Shown here in pieces: positions 8,980 through 19,564 of a stretch of 64,000 nt of DNA. Made by a program: the position numbers and the translations under genes. The DNA comes from Hydrurus foetidus (taxonomy: Eukaryota): assembly GCA_900617105.1 (NCBI GenBank), contig UYFQ01000005.1:1-64000 (forward strand), in the 5' to 3' direction. Under the pieces are notes generated by a model, which saw only the letters and a list, made by a program, of their open reading frames with translations, ran no database searches and was not told the DNA's origin. The first letter of the stretch is position 1. Every line of letters starts with the position of its first letter.

Positions 8980-10176
8980 ATGAAACCCACTTTCCAATGG
9001 CAAGACCCCTTCATGCTCTCAGAGCAGCTCAACGAGGACGAGCGTGCCATCGTCGATGCCGCCTATACCTTTTGCCAGGAAAAATTACAGACCCGCGTGC
9101 TGATGGCAGCTCGGCATGAGAAGTTTGACCGCGAGATCATGAACGAAGCCGGTGCTATGGGCTTTTTGGGCTCTACCATCGAAGGCTACGGTTGCGCAGG
9201 CTTGAGCTACGTGGCCTACGGCTTGATCGCCCGCGAAGTCGAACGTGTGGACAGTGGCTACCGCAGCGCCATCAGCGTACAAAGCTCGCTGGTGATGCAC
9301 CCCATCCACGCCTACGGATCAGAAGCACAGCGCCAAAAATACCTGCCCAAACTCGCCACCGGCGAGTGGGTGGGCTGCTTTGGCTTGACCGAACCCAACC
9401 ACGGCTCTGACCCGGCCAGCATGTTGACGCGGGCCAAACCTGTGGACGGCGGCTTTATCGTCAAGGGTGCCAAGATGTGGATAACCAACGCGCCCATCGC
9501 CGATGTGTTCGTGGTCTGGGCCAAGCTGGAAGATCCAGACGGCAAAGTCGGTGGCCAAGAAAGCATCCGTGGCTTCGTGCTGGAAAAAGGCATGAAGGGT
9601 CTCACTGCACCCAAGATCGAAGGCAAGATGAGCCTGCGTGCCAGCATCACGGGTGAAATCGTGATGGACGATGTGTTCGTGCCCGAAGCCAATCTGCTGC
9701 CCAATGTCTCCGGCCTCAAAGGCCCGTTCGGTTGCTTGAACAAAGCCCGCTACGGCATCGCCTGGGGTGCCCTGGGTGCCGCCGAAGACTGCTGGACACG
9801 CGCCCGCCAGTACACGTTAGACCGTGTGCAGTTTGGCCGTCCTTTGGCGCAAAACCAGTTGATCCAAAAGAAGCTGGCCGACATGCAAACCGAAATCGCC
9901 CTGGGCCTGCAAGGCTGCCTGCGCGTGGGCCGCTTGATGGACGAAGGCAAAGCTGTGCCAGAGATGATTTCACTCATCAAACGCAACTCATGTGGCAAAG
10001 CGCTGGACGTAGCCCGCATGGCGCGTGACATGCACGGCGGCAATGGCATCCATGACGAATACCACGTGATTCGCCACATGATTAACCTGGAAACAGTGAA
10101 CACCTACGAAGGCACGCATGATGTGCATGCGCTGATTTTGGGCAGGGCGCAGACAGGGTTGCAGGCGTTTTATTGA
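8980..10176 (+). CDS. gcdH: Glutaryl-CoA dehydrogenase
   Basis: [48 protein letters not shown]. Confidence 0.92.
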   Translation: MKPTFQWQDPFMLSEQLNEDERAIVDAAYTFCQEKLQTRVLMAARHEKFDREIMNEAGAMGFLGSTIEGYGCAGLSYVAYGLIAREVERVDSGYRSAISVQSSLVMHPIHAYGSEAQRQKYLPKLATGEWVGCFGLTEPNHGSDPASMLTRAKPVDGGFIVKGAKMWITNAPIADVFVVWAKLEDPDGKVGGQESIRGFVLEKGMKGLTAPKIEGKMSLRASITGEIVMDDVFVPEANLLPNVSGLKGPFGCLNKARYGIAWGALGAAEDCWTRARQYTLDRVQFGRPLAQNQLIQKKLADMQTEIALGLQGCLRVGRLMDEGKAVPEMISLIKRNSCGKALDVARMARDMHGGNGIHDEYHVIRHMINLETVNTYEGTHDVHALILGRAQTGLQAFY

Positions 10177-10177
10177 G

Positions 10178-10460
10178 TGACTGCACCTCCGAAAAACGTA
10201 CTGCTTAGCTGATGGTTAACAATCAGTTCAAGGAAAACGTAATGAATGAAACGAGAAAACGGGCCAAGTACGCGCTGTAATTCAAGATGGAGGTGGTACG
10301 ACTGGTCAAAGGCGGACAGGCGGTATCCGTCACGGCCAAAGTGTTGAGCATCCTCAAAGCAAGTCTGGGCAACTGCTGGGACAACACACCCACGGAGAGT
10401 CAATGGGGTCGACTCAAAGTGGGCAGGCTTTACGGACAGAGGTTTGCAACCCGCAGGCTT
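10178..10460 (+). mobile_element. Internally deleted IS3-family remnant
   Basis: OrfA start at 10242 (MNETRKRAKYAL*FKMEVVRLV, TAA at 10278) fused to OrfB C-terminal CWDNTPTESQWGRLK. Confidence 0.8.
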
Positions 10461-10475
10461 AATTCCGCTTCGTCC

Positions 10476-10516
10476 AATGGTCAGCTTGGGGGAATCTTAG
10501 GCTGACCATTCTTTCT
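10476..10516 (+). terminator. Long hairpin, probable terminator
   Basis: AATGGTCAGC...GCTGACCATT then CTTTCT. Confidence 0.5.
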
Positions 10517-10565
10517 ATCCTGGGTGGCACGTTGCGCTGTTCATGACATAGATTTGACCGAGGGC

Positions 10566-11897
10566 GAGGGTGTCCCGGATTTTGTGTAAACGGCGATTAA
10601 GTTAGACGCGCGGCATACGCTCGTCAAACTGAATGGTAAATCGATTCAGGGCGGCCTTCCAATCCCGAATCGGCATCGTCCATTTCTGACTGATGTTGTT
10701 CAGTGCCAGATAGAACAATTTGAATACCGCGTCATCGGTTGGAAATGACCCGCGGGTCTTCGTGATTTTGCGTAGGCTCATATTCACCGATTCAATGGCA
10801 TTGGTCGTGTAAATCACTTTGCGGATGTCTGGCGGGTAGTCAAAGAATGGCGTCAGGCGTGCCCAGTTGCGCCGCCAGGACTGACCAATCGGGGCGAATG
10901 ATGCATCCCATTTGCCCTCGAATTCCGTCAGCCGCAGCAGGGCCTCGTCCTCAGTGGCGGCGCTGTAGATCATGCGTAAATCGGCGGCCACTTCCTTGCG
11001 CTGTTTCCAGCCCACGAAGTTCAGGCTGTGGCGCACCATGTGAACCAAACAGAGCTGCACAGCAGTCTTGGGGAACACGGCCTCAATCGCATCTGGGAAG
11101 CCCTTGAGGCCATCGACACAGGCAATGAAGATGTCGGCCACACCACGGTTCTTCAACTCGGTCACCACTTGCAGCCAGAACTTGGCACCTTCCGTCTGGG
11201 CCATCCACAGGCCCAGCACCTCCTTGAGGCCGTCTAGGTTGACACCAATGGCCAGGTACAGGGCCTTGACCCGTACTGCGCCGTTGTCGCGCACCTTGAC
11301 GTGAATGCAGTCCATGTAAACGATGGGGTACAGCGCGTCCAATGGACGAGCCTGCCAGGTTTTGACCTCATCCATGACGGCATCGGTCACCGAGGAGATT
11401 AGGGTGGGTGAAACTTCAGCGCCATACATTTCCTGCAGGTGGCTTTGAATTTCGCGCACTGTCATGCCCCGGGCGTAGAGCGACAGTATCTTGTCGTCAA
11501 AGCCGCTCCAGCGGGTCTGGTGCTTGGTGATGATTTGGGGTTCGAACGTGCCCGCCCGGTCACGGGGGATTTCAATGGGCAGTTCACCAAAGTCGCCCTT
11601 GAGGGTCTTCTTGCTGCGTCCGTTGCGGGTGTTGCCTGCCTCGTTGGCCACCAATTGGTTCTTGCTGTGACCCAGGTGCTCTGTCAGCTCGGCCTGCAGT
11701 GCGCGTTCTACCAGGGCCTTGGTGAGTTGCTTGAGGATGCCGTTCTGGCCAATCAAATCTTCAGGCTTTTTGTAGTCTGCCAGCAGTGCGTCTATCAGTT
11801 CGGCGGGTAAGGGTTTCTGTTCTACGGTCATCATTGCTCCATGCAAGACGGCAGTTTCCTGCCAAAAGACCGTTTACACAAAACTTCTTACACCCTC
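10566..11897 (-). mobile_element. IS256-family insertion sequence, intact
   Basis: IRs GAGGGTGT...TTTTGTGTAAAC / GTTTACACAAAA...ACACCCTC; 8-bp target duplication CCGAGGGC (10558-10565, 11898-11905). Confidence 0.95.
10602..11834 (-). CDS. IS256 transposase
   Basis: PRDRAGTFEP, DGLKGF, QLCLVH, IYTTNAIES. Confidence 0.97.
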   Translation of the reverse strand: MMTVEQKPLPAELIDALLADYKKPEDLIGQNGILKQLTKALVERALQAELTEHLGHSKNQLVANEAGNTRNGRSKKTLKGDFGELPIEIPRDRAGTFEPQIITKHQTRWSGFDDKILSLYARGMTVREIQSHLQEMYGAEVSPTLISSVTDAVMDEVKTWQARPLDALYPIVYMDCIHVKVRDNGAVRVKALYLAIGVNLDGLKEVLGLWMAQTEGAKFWLQVVTELKNRGVADIFIACVDGLKGFPDAIEAVFPKTAVQLCLVHMVRHSLNFVGWKQRKEVAADLRMIYSAATEDEALLRLTEFEGKWDASFAPIGQSWRRNWARLTPFFDYPPDIRKVIYTTNAIESVNMSLRKITKTRGSFPTDDAVFKLFYLALNNISQKWTMPIRDWKAALNRFTIQFDERMPRV

Positions 11898-11924
11898 CCG
11901 AGGGCCGCTGGTTATGATGACCAG

Positions 11925-12839
11925 ATGAACATCCGGTTTCTCGAGTCTTTCATCTGGGTCGCCCGACTGCATAGTTTCAAATTAGCGGCAGACCGTCTGC
12001 ACACCACGCAGGCGGGTATTTCAAATAGGATTGCGACGTTAGAGGAACTGTTCAGTGTGCGGTTGTTTGAGCGTGAACATCGCACGGTGACGTTGACGCA
12101 AGACGGATTACGGCTTCTGCCGCATGCAGAGCAAATGCTGGATCTTCAGTCGCGAATGATGGCTGCGATTGGATGCAGCGATGCGTTTACTGGTGTTCTT
12201 CGAATAGGCGTCATCGAAACAGTTGTCCACACTTGGCTCCCGAGATTGCTCGCACGCTTTGCGCAGCAGTTTCCCAAAGTAACGCTAGAGCTGACCTCAG
12301 ACGTGACGCCTGCCTTGAGTGAGGCCTTGTTGCGTGGCACCCTCGATTGTGTGATTACGGCGGAAGAAATCGCACCAGGATTTATTGAAAATCGCCGCAT
12401 GGCTTCTCTTGCTATGTGCTGGGCGACGACCCCTTTAATAGCTGCACAGCTCCCTAAGGGAAGCCTAGCTTTCGCAGATTTGGGAAAGCATCCCATCATT
12501 TCTTTTCTTCGAGAATCGCCCGTCTACCGAAATATTGCGCATGGCATGGTTGGATGCACTGACCTCCGCATCAATTACTTTTCTTCACTGGGTGCCATGG
12601 TGGGCTTGGTCTGCGCGGGCTTTGGCATTACGTTGATTCCAGCCGCAGTTGTGGACGAAAAATTGCGTAACGGTATTTTGGTGCGATTGAATGTGAGTCC
12701 TGAGCCCTTATCACTTCCACTCGTGATCAGTCACCGTATCGAACAGGAGTCCGCTCTTGCTGAAACCATGGTCTGCATGGCGCAGACCGTTTGTGATGAG
12801 TATTTGGCTGAACGCACAGAGGTACTTGCGTTCTCTTGA
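11925..12839 (+). CDS. LysR-family regulator
   Basis: MNIRFLESFIWVARLHSFKLAA HTH; longer ORF-track start lies inside the IS. Confidence 0.93.
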   Translation: MNIRFLESFIWVARLHSFKLAADRLHTTQAGISNRIATLEELFSVRLFEREHRTVTLTQDGLRLLPHAEQMLDLQSRMMAAIGCSDAFTGVLRIGVIETVVHTWLPRLLARFAQQFPKVTLELTSDVTPALSEALLRGTLDCVITAEEIAPGFIENRRMASLAMCWATTPLIAAQLPKGSLAFADLGKHPIISFLRESPVYRNIAHGMVGCTDLRINYFSSLGAMVGLVCAGFGITLIPAAVVDEKLRNGILVRLNVSPEPLSLPLVISHRIEQESALAETMVCMAQTVCDEYLAERTEVLAFS

Positions 12840-12961
12840 GTGTCTGGGCTCCGCAGTTTGATAGATCACCCTGTCACAGTGAATCGATCACAAAACCTTA
12901 TCGGTAACGAACAGTATTTCCCGTTTGTCATATCAAGTCATGGAAGTAATACTCCGTTTCC

Positions 12962-13360
12962 ATGCACTTACCTCTCAAAAAATCCCACCGCGAGTTCTTT
13001 CGCATAGCGCTGGACGCAGGTTCAGATAACAACAGTGTCTGGACACCCGTGCCAGGCTTTGAGGGTCAGATCGATGAACTGATCCTCGCCGACAACCTCG
13101 ATCAGCAAAACCGCCGGGGGTCTAGGACGCGCATTGCGCGCTGGCATCCAGGAGCGTTGATCACACAACCTGTAATTCATGACTTCTGTGAAGAGGTCTT
13201 CATTTTCAGTGGTGATCTGGTCGTGGGTTGCGATGCTGAAGGCCTTGGCGGCGAGGGATTCGATGCGTACACCTTTGCTTGTCGACCTCCTGGTGTGTTT
13301 CACGGTCCGTTCACAAGTCGAAGCGGGTGCCTGATGTTGGAGTTCCAGTATTTCGATTAG
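12962..13360 (+). CDS. Cupin-domain protein
   Basis: HDFCEEV and RPPGVFHGPF cupin motifs. Confidence 0.85.
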   Translation: MHLPLKKSHREFFRIALDAGSDNNSVWTPVPGFEGQIDELILADNLDQQNRRGSRTRIARWHPGALITQPVIHDFCEEVFIFSGDLVVGCDAEGLGGEGFDAYTFACRPPGVFHGPFTSRSGCLMLEFQYFD

Positions 13361-13412
13361 CCAATTGCGACTTTCCCGTTTTCCCGCCCCCACTCATTTA
13401 CAGGAGAAATTC

Positions 13413-14477
13413 ATGTATCTCAAAAAAATATGCTCCCTGACTGCAGCATTGTTGTTGTCATCGGTAGCGGTTGCCCAGCCAAGTTCTGGGCAAAAAATTT
13501 CTGTGCAAGCTGTGACACAGGTTTCGCCAAATTTGCCCCAATACACAAAAGTTGACCAACCCATGCTTCGTGACGGCATGGCCAAGGCAACGAATGGGCG
13601 AGTGGAAGTTACGCTGTCATCGTGGCCGGAGAGGAACGTCAATGGTCCTGAAGTGCTGCGCCTGGTGCGCTCAGGTCAAGTTGACATTGCTGCTGCAACA
13701 TTGACGACAGTGTCGGGTGATGTACCGTTACTGGATGGCCTTGACCTGGCGGGTATGAATGCTGAGATCACCCAGGCTCGCAAAGTAGCCGATGCCATGG
13801 TCCCTTACATCAACAAAGAACTCGAGCGGCTTGGTATCAAACTGGTCGCGACCTATCCGTTTTCGGGTCAGATGCTGTTTTGCCGCAAACCCATTACGGG
13901 GTTTGCAGACCTTAAAGGCCTCAAGGTTCGCACCAATGGTCCTGCGGCATCGGATTTGATGAAGGGACTGGGCGCGCAGCCCGTATCACTTGCCTTTGGC
14001 GAAGTCTATGCAGCGCTGGAGCGCGGTACCGTGGATTGCGGCATCACCGGTTCGGGCTCTGGCAACGGTGTCAAGTGGCCAGAGGTAACAACCCATCTCT
14101 ACACACTTCCCCTGTCATGGGCGACAGCAGGCTATTTCGTTAACGTGGCTTGGTGGAACAAACTGGAACCAGGCATCCGTACACAGTTCGAAAAGACATT
14201 TGCTGAAATCCAGGATGCTCAATGGAAGTTGGGCGCTGAAGCCACCAATGACGGCGTTGCTTGCAGTACAGGGAACTCGACGGATTGCAAGATGCATTCA
14301 CTCATGAAGAAGCCGATGATTGAAGTCAAGCCGCAGGCCAACGCAGCGGCAGCGCTTCAAAAGGAACTCTCTGCTGATGTGCTCCCCGGATGGATCAAGC
14401 GTTGCGGAGAGCGATGCGGTGTCATTTACAACGATGTGATTGCACCAATCACAGGCGTTAAATACGTCAGCCGCTGA
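13413..14477 (+). CDS. dctP: TRAP transporter substrate-binding protein
   Basis: Signal peptide; DLKGLKVR, EVYAALERGTVD. Confidence 0.92.
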   Translation: MYLKKICSLTAALLLSSVAVAQPSSGQKISVQAVTQVSPNLPQYTKVDQPMLRDGMAKATNGRVEVTLSSWPERNVNGPEVLRLVRSGQVDIAAATLTTVSGDVPLLDGLDLAGMNAEITQARKVADAMVPYINKELERLGIKLVATYPFSGQMLFCRKPITGFADLKGLKVRTNGPAASDLMKGLGAQPVSLAFGEVYAALERGTVDCGITGSGSGNGVKWPEVTTHLYTLPLSWATAGYFVNVAWWNKLEPGIRTQFEKTFAEIQDAQWKLGAEATNDGVACSTGNSTDCKMHSLMKKPMIEVKPQANAAAALQKELSADVLPGWIKRCGERCGVIYNDVIAPITGVKYVSR

Positions 14478-14478
14478 C

Positions 14479-15090
14479 ATGTTCAGTCTATTGGAGAGAG
14501 TCAGCCGCAGCGCCATGACGGCTGGCGGCTGGTGCTATCTGGCGATCACCATTTTGATCTGCTTTGATATTGTGTCGCGGCGCCTTTTTGGCATGTCCAG
14601 CGAAGCAACCACTGAGGTGACTGGCTACCTCATGGCCATTGGGATGAGTTGGGGAATGGCTGGCACGCTGTATGAACGCAGTCACGTGAGAATTGATGTG
14701 TTGGTTCAAAAGCTGGGGCTCAAGGTTCGGGTGTGGCTTCATCTTGCCTCGCTTCTCGCGCTATTGGTTGCGACAGGCTTCTTTGCCTGGGGTGCATTTT
14801 CTCTGGCCAAGGACTCATGGGAGCTTGGTGCCAGCGATCTTTCATCGCTCCACACACCACTGGCTATTCCGCAGGGGCTGTGGGCCGCAGGCTTAATGCT
14901 GTTTCTGCTCGCCGTCCTCAGTATTGCGGCTCGTTCACTCCGTCTGCTGCTGCTCGGCAATGCAGCAGATATGGACCGAATGCTGATGGCGCGCACCTAT
15001 ATAGATGAAGCAGAAGAAACCCTGGAAGCCGTTGCTGAGGTACAGCATGCGCCACCAGTTCGACAAATGGTGACAGGAGAAGCTCGATGA
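14479..15090 (+). CDS. dctQ: TRAP small permease
   Basis: Four TM segments, HVRIDVL motif. Confidence 0.9.
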   Translation: MFSLLERVSRSAMTAGGWCYLAITILICFDIVSRRLFGMSSEATTEVTGYLMAIGMSWGMAGTLYERSHVRIDVLVQKLGLKVRVWLHLASLLALLVATGFFAWGAFSLAKDSWELGASDLSSLHTPLAIPQGLWAAGLMLFLLAVLSIAARSLRLLLLGNAADMDRMLMARTYIDEAEETLEAVAEVQHAPPVRQMVTGEAR

Positions 15091-16487
15091 TTGCGATTGT
15101 TTTTATCCTCCTGGTCGGCCTACTGGTCGGGGGTGCTTCGCTGTTCGGTGTGCAAAGTTCCGCGATGGCTGCAGCGTCATCCAGCGTCCCGTGGTGGGCC
15201 TTGCTCTCAGTATTGGTGACCTTTGTGGCATTTTTTGCGGGCGGAATTTACGTTGGCGCAGCCCTCGCTGTACTGGCGCTCTTGGCCGGATTTGGTTTGT
15301 CTGACCGGCCATTTTGGAACTTTATTGGCGAGATGATCTGGGGGCCGTCAACTAACTTTGTCCTGGTGTCAGTTCCTCTGTTCCTGCTGATGGGGGAAAT
15401 CATGCTGCGCGCGGGATTGTCAGAGCGACTGTACCGCGCACTCAATGTCTGGATGGGCCGCCTGCCAGGTGGGTTGCTGCACACCAACATCATGGCCTGT
15501 GGTGTGTTTTCTGCGATCGCAGGCTCCAGCGTGGCCACTGCGGCAACCATGGGATCGGTGGCTCTCCCGTATTTTGAAAAGAGTCACTATCCACCGAAAC
15601 TGGTGCTGGGCTCCCTTGCCGCTGGTGGTGCATTGGGGAACCTGATTCCTCCAGGAATCACCTTCATCATCTACGGACTGATTACCGAGACCTCGGTCGG
15701 TGCACTGTATCTTGCAGCGGTTGGGCCTAGCATCCTCGTTATCGTGCTGTTTATTGCCGTGATCCTGTATTACAGCTTCAAACTTAAGTTGCATGGGGAT
15801 GATGGCGCCCAAGCTATCACTTGGAAGCAACGCCTCGCCAGTTTGTCGGATCTGGTGCCAACTGCCCTGTTGATTGGTTTGGTGCTGGGAACGATTTACG
15901 CTGGTTGGGCAACGCCCACCGAGTCGGCTGCACTGGGGGTTGCTGGCAGTGTGGTGCTATCACTGGTGGACCGCAAGCTTACTTGGAAGATGATGACAGA
16001 GTCCCTGCACGCCACCGCGCGCACCACGTCCATGATCGCACTGATTCTTTTCGGCGCCTACTTTCTGAACTATGTACTGTCGGCTCTTGGCATTCCGCAA
16101 ATGCTGGCCAAGTTCCTGACGGGGCTGCCATTTCCAGGCTGGGTCATCATGCTGGTGATCATAGGGTTCTATTTGGCACTGGGAACCTTTATGGAGGGGA
16201 TGTCCATGGTGATCACCACCATTCCCCTGCTTTTTCCTGTGGTCATGGCACTGGGGTATGACCCCGTGTGGTTTGGTGTGGTCATCACCATGCTGGTGGA
16301 AATCGCCATGATCAGTCCGCCGGATGGGACGGTACTGTACGTGCTACAGGGCATGCGACGCCAGCCTGGCCCCATTACTGATGTCTTCTCAGGTGTGATG
16401 CCATTCATGCTTGTTTACATGCTGGCCATCATTGTGTTGATGCTGTTTCCCGCTATTGCCCTGTGGCTCCCCGCCTACCTGATGTAA
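15087..16487 (+). CDS. dctM: TRAP large permease
   Basis: VPLFLLMG, GSSVATAA, LIPPGI, ATPTESAA. Confidence 0.93.
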   Translation: MIAIVFILLVGLLVGGASLFGVQSSAMAAASSSVPWWALLSVLVTFVAFFAGGIYVGAALAVLALLAGFGLSDRPFWNFIGEMIWGPSTNFVLVSVPLFLLMGEIMLRAGLSERLYRALNVWMGRLPGGLLHTNIMACGVFSAIAGSSVATAATMGSVALPYFEKSHYPPKLVLGSLAAGGALGNLIPPGITFIIYGLITETSVGALYLAAVGPSILVIVLFIAVILYYSFKLKLHGDDGAQAITWKQRLASLSDLVPTALLIGLVLGTIYAGWATPTESAALGVAGSVVLSLVDRKLTWKMMTESLHATARTTSMIALILFGAYFLNYVLSALGIPQMLAKFLTGLPFPGWVIMLVIIGFYLALGTFMEGMSMVITTIPLLFPVVMALGYDPVWFGVVITMLVEIAMISPPDGTVLYVLQGMRRQPGPITDVFSGVMPFMLVYMLAIIVLMLFPAIALWLPAYLM

Positions 16488-16554
16488 CGGAACGAGAGGG
16501 CTCTTTTGCCCCGCTCCATTACTTTTGACCGTATTGATCCGACAAGAGAAATCC

Positions 16555-17283
16555 ATGAATTCCTATCTGCGTTTTATTGGCGAGTCCGTTCTGAGCGGCG
16601 ACTTGAGAAGCACCCGCGTCCTTGATGTGGTGCCGCGTCAGTTTGTGATAGCAGGATGGACTGGCCGCGATGCCAAAGCCATTCAGCACCATATCCATGA
16701 ACTGGAGCAACTCGGGGTTCCGCCGCCGTCTGCCGTTCCACTGTATTACCGGGCCAGTGCAAGCCTGTTGATTCAGTCCAACACCATCGAGACTCTGGGT
16801 GCCGAAAGCTCCGGTGAGGCTGAACCCATCTTGTTCTTTGCGGACGGGGAATGGTGGTTGACGGTCGGATCAGACCACACAGATCGCAAGGTAGAAACTT
16901 ATTCAGTGGCGGTTTCCAAGCAAATGTGTCCTAAGCCGATCGCCACCATGGCTTGGCGATGGTCCGATGTTGTGCAATATCAGGACGATCTGCAATTGCG
17001 CTCTCGCATTCTTGAAGAGGGGCAATGGGTGGACTATCAAAAGGGCTCGCTCGCATCAATACGTCCGCTGGAATCACTGCGAGATGGCTGTGTCCTCACA
17101 AGCCTTACCGATATGGGGCAAGAGGGTTTCTTTGTCTCATGCGGCACCCTAGGTGCGTTGAGCAACCCTCAAGGCGTTGGGATTCGTCCTGCCTTACAGA
17201 TGGAGCTTGAGATATTCAACCCGCATTGGCAGCGTTCCATTGTGCACCGTTATACCGTTCACCCTTTGCCGGTCGTCGCCTGA
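16555..17283 (+). CDS. DUF2848-family protein
   Basis: IAGWTGRD, SSGEAE, GSDHTDR, SKQMCPKP. Confidence 0.85.
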   Translation: MNSYLRFIGESVLSGDLRSTRVLDVVPRQFVIAGWTGRDAKAIQHHIHELEQLGVPPPSAVPLYYRASASLLIQSNTIETLGAESSGEAEPILFFADGEWWLTVGSDHTDRKVETYSVAVSKQMCPKPIATMAWRWSDVVQYQDDLQLRSRILEEGQWVDYQKGSLASIRPLESLRDGCVLTSLTDMGQEGFFVSCGTLGALSNPQGVGIRPALQMELEIFNPHWQRSIVHRYTVHPLPVVA

Positions 17284-17315
17284 CCCAAGGCATTCGATTC
17301 CATTCGAGGAAGCTC

Positions 17316-18662
17316 ATGCACATGAACACAATAGATCTGGTAAACAGGAATTTGGTGGCTGGTTCAGATAGTCGACTAGCGATAATCCGGCGGGCTGTTG
17401 AAGGTGCGGATTCTCAGGCAGCTGCACATGTATTTACGCGGGTTTACTCAGCCAGATCAATGGCTGCTGCGCGTCTGGCGGATGAGGCGCAAGCCTCTGG
17501 TGCCAAGTTGCATCCATTGGCTGGTCTTCCCGTGTCGGTCAAAGATTTGTTTGATATCGAAGGCGAAACCACCTTGGGTGGATCTACTGTCTGCTCGGGT
17601 GAGTCGCCCGCCAAGGCGGATGCAGTCGCCATCGCTCGTCTGCGCTCAGCGGGCGCAGCGATTGTTGGGAAAACCAACATGACAGAGTTTGCATTCTCCG
17701 GTGTCGGTATCAATCCACACTACGGTACACCGCGCAATCCGGCGGATGCTTTGGTTGACCGTATTCCAGGCGGATCCTCTTCTGGCGCAGCCGTCTCGGT
17801 GGCCCTTGGACTTGCGGTCGCTGCTGTCGGGTCAGACACGGGGGGATCCATTCGCATACCGGCGGCTTTGTGCGGACTGGTGGGTTTCAAAAGCACACAG
17901 GCTCGAGTGCCGCGCACCGGCACGATGGAGTTATCAAGGACGTTGGACAGTGTCTGCGCAATGACACGATGCGTCAAAGACTGCCTGACGGTTGACGCCA
18001 TACTGGCCGGTCAGTCCCTTTGCGCGCCTGCACGAACCTTGAATGGACTGCGTCTCGCCATTCCTCAAACCTTGATGCTGGATTCATTGGAGCCTTTGGT
18101 CGCTCAATCATTTGAGCGTGCGTGCAGACTGCTGTCGCAATCTGGCGCACAACTTGTGGACTTGCCATTGGCAGAGATTGCCGAGATCGCCCAAATCTGT
18201 GCTCCGGCCAGTTTTTCTGCGATAGAGGCATTCGCTGTTCACCGAGCACGGCTTCAGCACCAACGCACCGGGTTTGATCCGCGCGTAGCTGCCCGCATTG
18301 AAACGGGCACGAACATCCGTGCGGCAGAATATCTTGCCATGCTGGATCAGCGGCGCGATTGGATACGACGTGTTGAAGGTACCTTGTATGGTTTCGATGC
18401 CCTGTTGTGTCCGACAGTGCCCATGGTGGCGCCAGCCATCGCGCCCTTGATAGCATCTGATGAGATTTTTTTCAAAACCAATGCCATGCTTTTGAGGAAT
18501 CCCCATGTGATTAACTTTCTTGATGGCTGCTCTTTCTCTTTGCCATGCCACGCGCCCGGGGAGTTGCCAATGGGTTTGATGTTGTCATCGACTTCAGGAG
18601 ATGACGCACGTTTAGCCAGTGTGGCCTGGGCGGTCGAGACAGCCCTAAGGGCAGCTCTATAA
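17316..18662 (+). CDS. Amidase-signature family amidase
   Basis: VKDLFD, PGGSSSG, GSDTGGSIRIPAA. Confidence 0.93.
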   Translation: MHMNTIDLVNRNLVAGSDSRLAIIRRAVEGADSQAAAHVFTRVYSARSMAAARLADEAQASGAKLHPLAGLPVSVKDLFDIEGETTLGGSTVCSGESPAKADAVAIARLRSAGAAIVGKTNMTEFAFSGVGINPHYGTPRNPADALVDRIPGGSSSGAAVSVALGLAVAAVGSDTGGSIRIPAALCGLVGFKSTQARVPRTGTMELSRTLDSVCAMTRCVKDCLTVDAILAGQSLCAPARTLNGLRLAIPQTLMLDSLEPLVAQSFERACRLLSQSGAQLVDLPLAEIAEIAQICAPASFSAIEAFAVHRARLQHQRTGFDPRVAARIETGTNIRAAEYLAMLDQRRDWIRRVEGTLYGFDALLCPTVPMVAPAIAPLIASDEIFFKTNAMLLRNPHVINFLDGCSFSLPCHAPGELPMGLMLSSTSGDDARLASVAWAVETALRAAL

Positions 18663-18738
18663 ATGCCGGGATTCGGTCAACGTATAAACGGCGAGTTCAA
18701 GCCCCAAGTGCAACAGGCTCAATGGATGCACCTACAAC

Positions 18739-18765
18739 ACTCAAGGCACTTTGGGTGCTTTGAGT
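18739..18765. terminator. Hairpin between convergent genes
   Basis: ACTCAAGGCAC-TTTGG-GTGCTTTGAGT. Confidence 0.6.
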
Positions 18766-18774
18766 CACCGAGCC

Positions 18775-19557
18775 TCAAAACGCCCGAGCGTGTGTCGCCA
18801 CTCGCCCACCACCGTCAGCCACCAGCACGGCACCCGTCACGAACGAGGCCTCTTCGCTGGCCAAAAACCACACGCAGTTGGCCATTTCCGCCGCGCTGGC
18901 CATGCGGCGCAGGGCGATGCGTTCGCTGAGGGTGGCAAATTCATATTCCATCGTCGTACCGGCAGCCTCGGCGGCGGCTTGCATTTCGCGCTCGGCCATC
19001 ACGGTGCGCGTCCAGCCGGGGCACAGACAGTTGGCGCGGATGTTGTCGGGGCCGTGGACGTAGGCGATGTTGCGGGTGTAGGCCACCACACCGGCTTTGC
19101 TGGGCGCGTAGCTGGCACTGCCGGGGGTGGAGTTGAAAGCCGCCACCGATGCCACGTTGACGATGGCGCCACCACCCGACGCTTTCAGCAAAGGCAACGC
19201 CGCCCGGCACACCCGCATGGTGCCGGTGAGGTTGATGGCGATCATGCGTTCCCAGGTGGCATCAAGCACGGTTGCAGGGTCGTCCTGGGCCACCACGCCC
19301 GCGCAGTTCACCACACGGTGCAGGCCACCCAGCGCTTGCGCGATGGCCATGGCCTTGTCAACATCGGGCTGTTGAGTGACATCGCCAGGGACGCTGATTG
19401 CCCCGGTGCGCTGGCTGAGCGCGGCCAGCGCGGGCGCGTCGCGGTCAAAGGCCAGCACCGTCAGGCCTTCGCGGGTGAAGCGCTCGACCACAGCGGCACC
19501 GATGCCGCTGGCGGCACCCGTGACGCAAGCAATGCGGGGTTGTGAGGGAGGCATCAA
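18775..19557 (-). CDS. SDR oxidoreductase
   Basis: TGAASGIG, YAPSK. Confidence 0.93.
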   Translation of the reverse strand: MMPPSQPRIACVTGAASGIGAAVVERFTREGLTVLAFDRDAPALAALSQRTGAISVPGDVTQQPDVDKAMAIAQALGGLHRVVNCAGVVAQDDPATVLDATWERMIAINLTGTMRVCRAALPLLKASGGGAIVNVASVAAFNSTPGSASYAPSKAGVVAYTRNIAYVHGPDNIRANCLCPGWTRTVMAEREMQAAAEAAGTTMEYEFATLSERIALRRMASAAEMANCVWFLASEEASFVTGAVLVADGGGRVATHARAF

Positions 19558-19564
19558 TTCGCTT

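Noticed and set aside
11841..11924. N-terminal extension of the second LysR
   Set aside because: Lies mostly inside the IS256 end; the HTH starts at 11925
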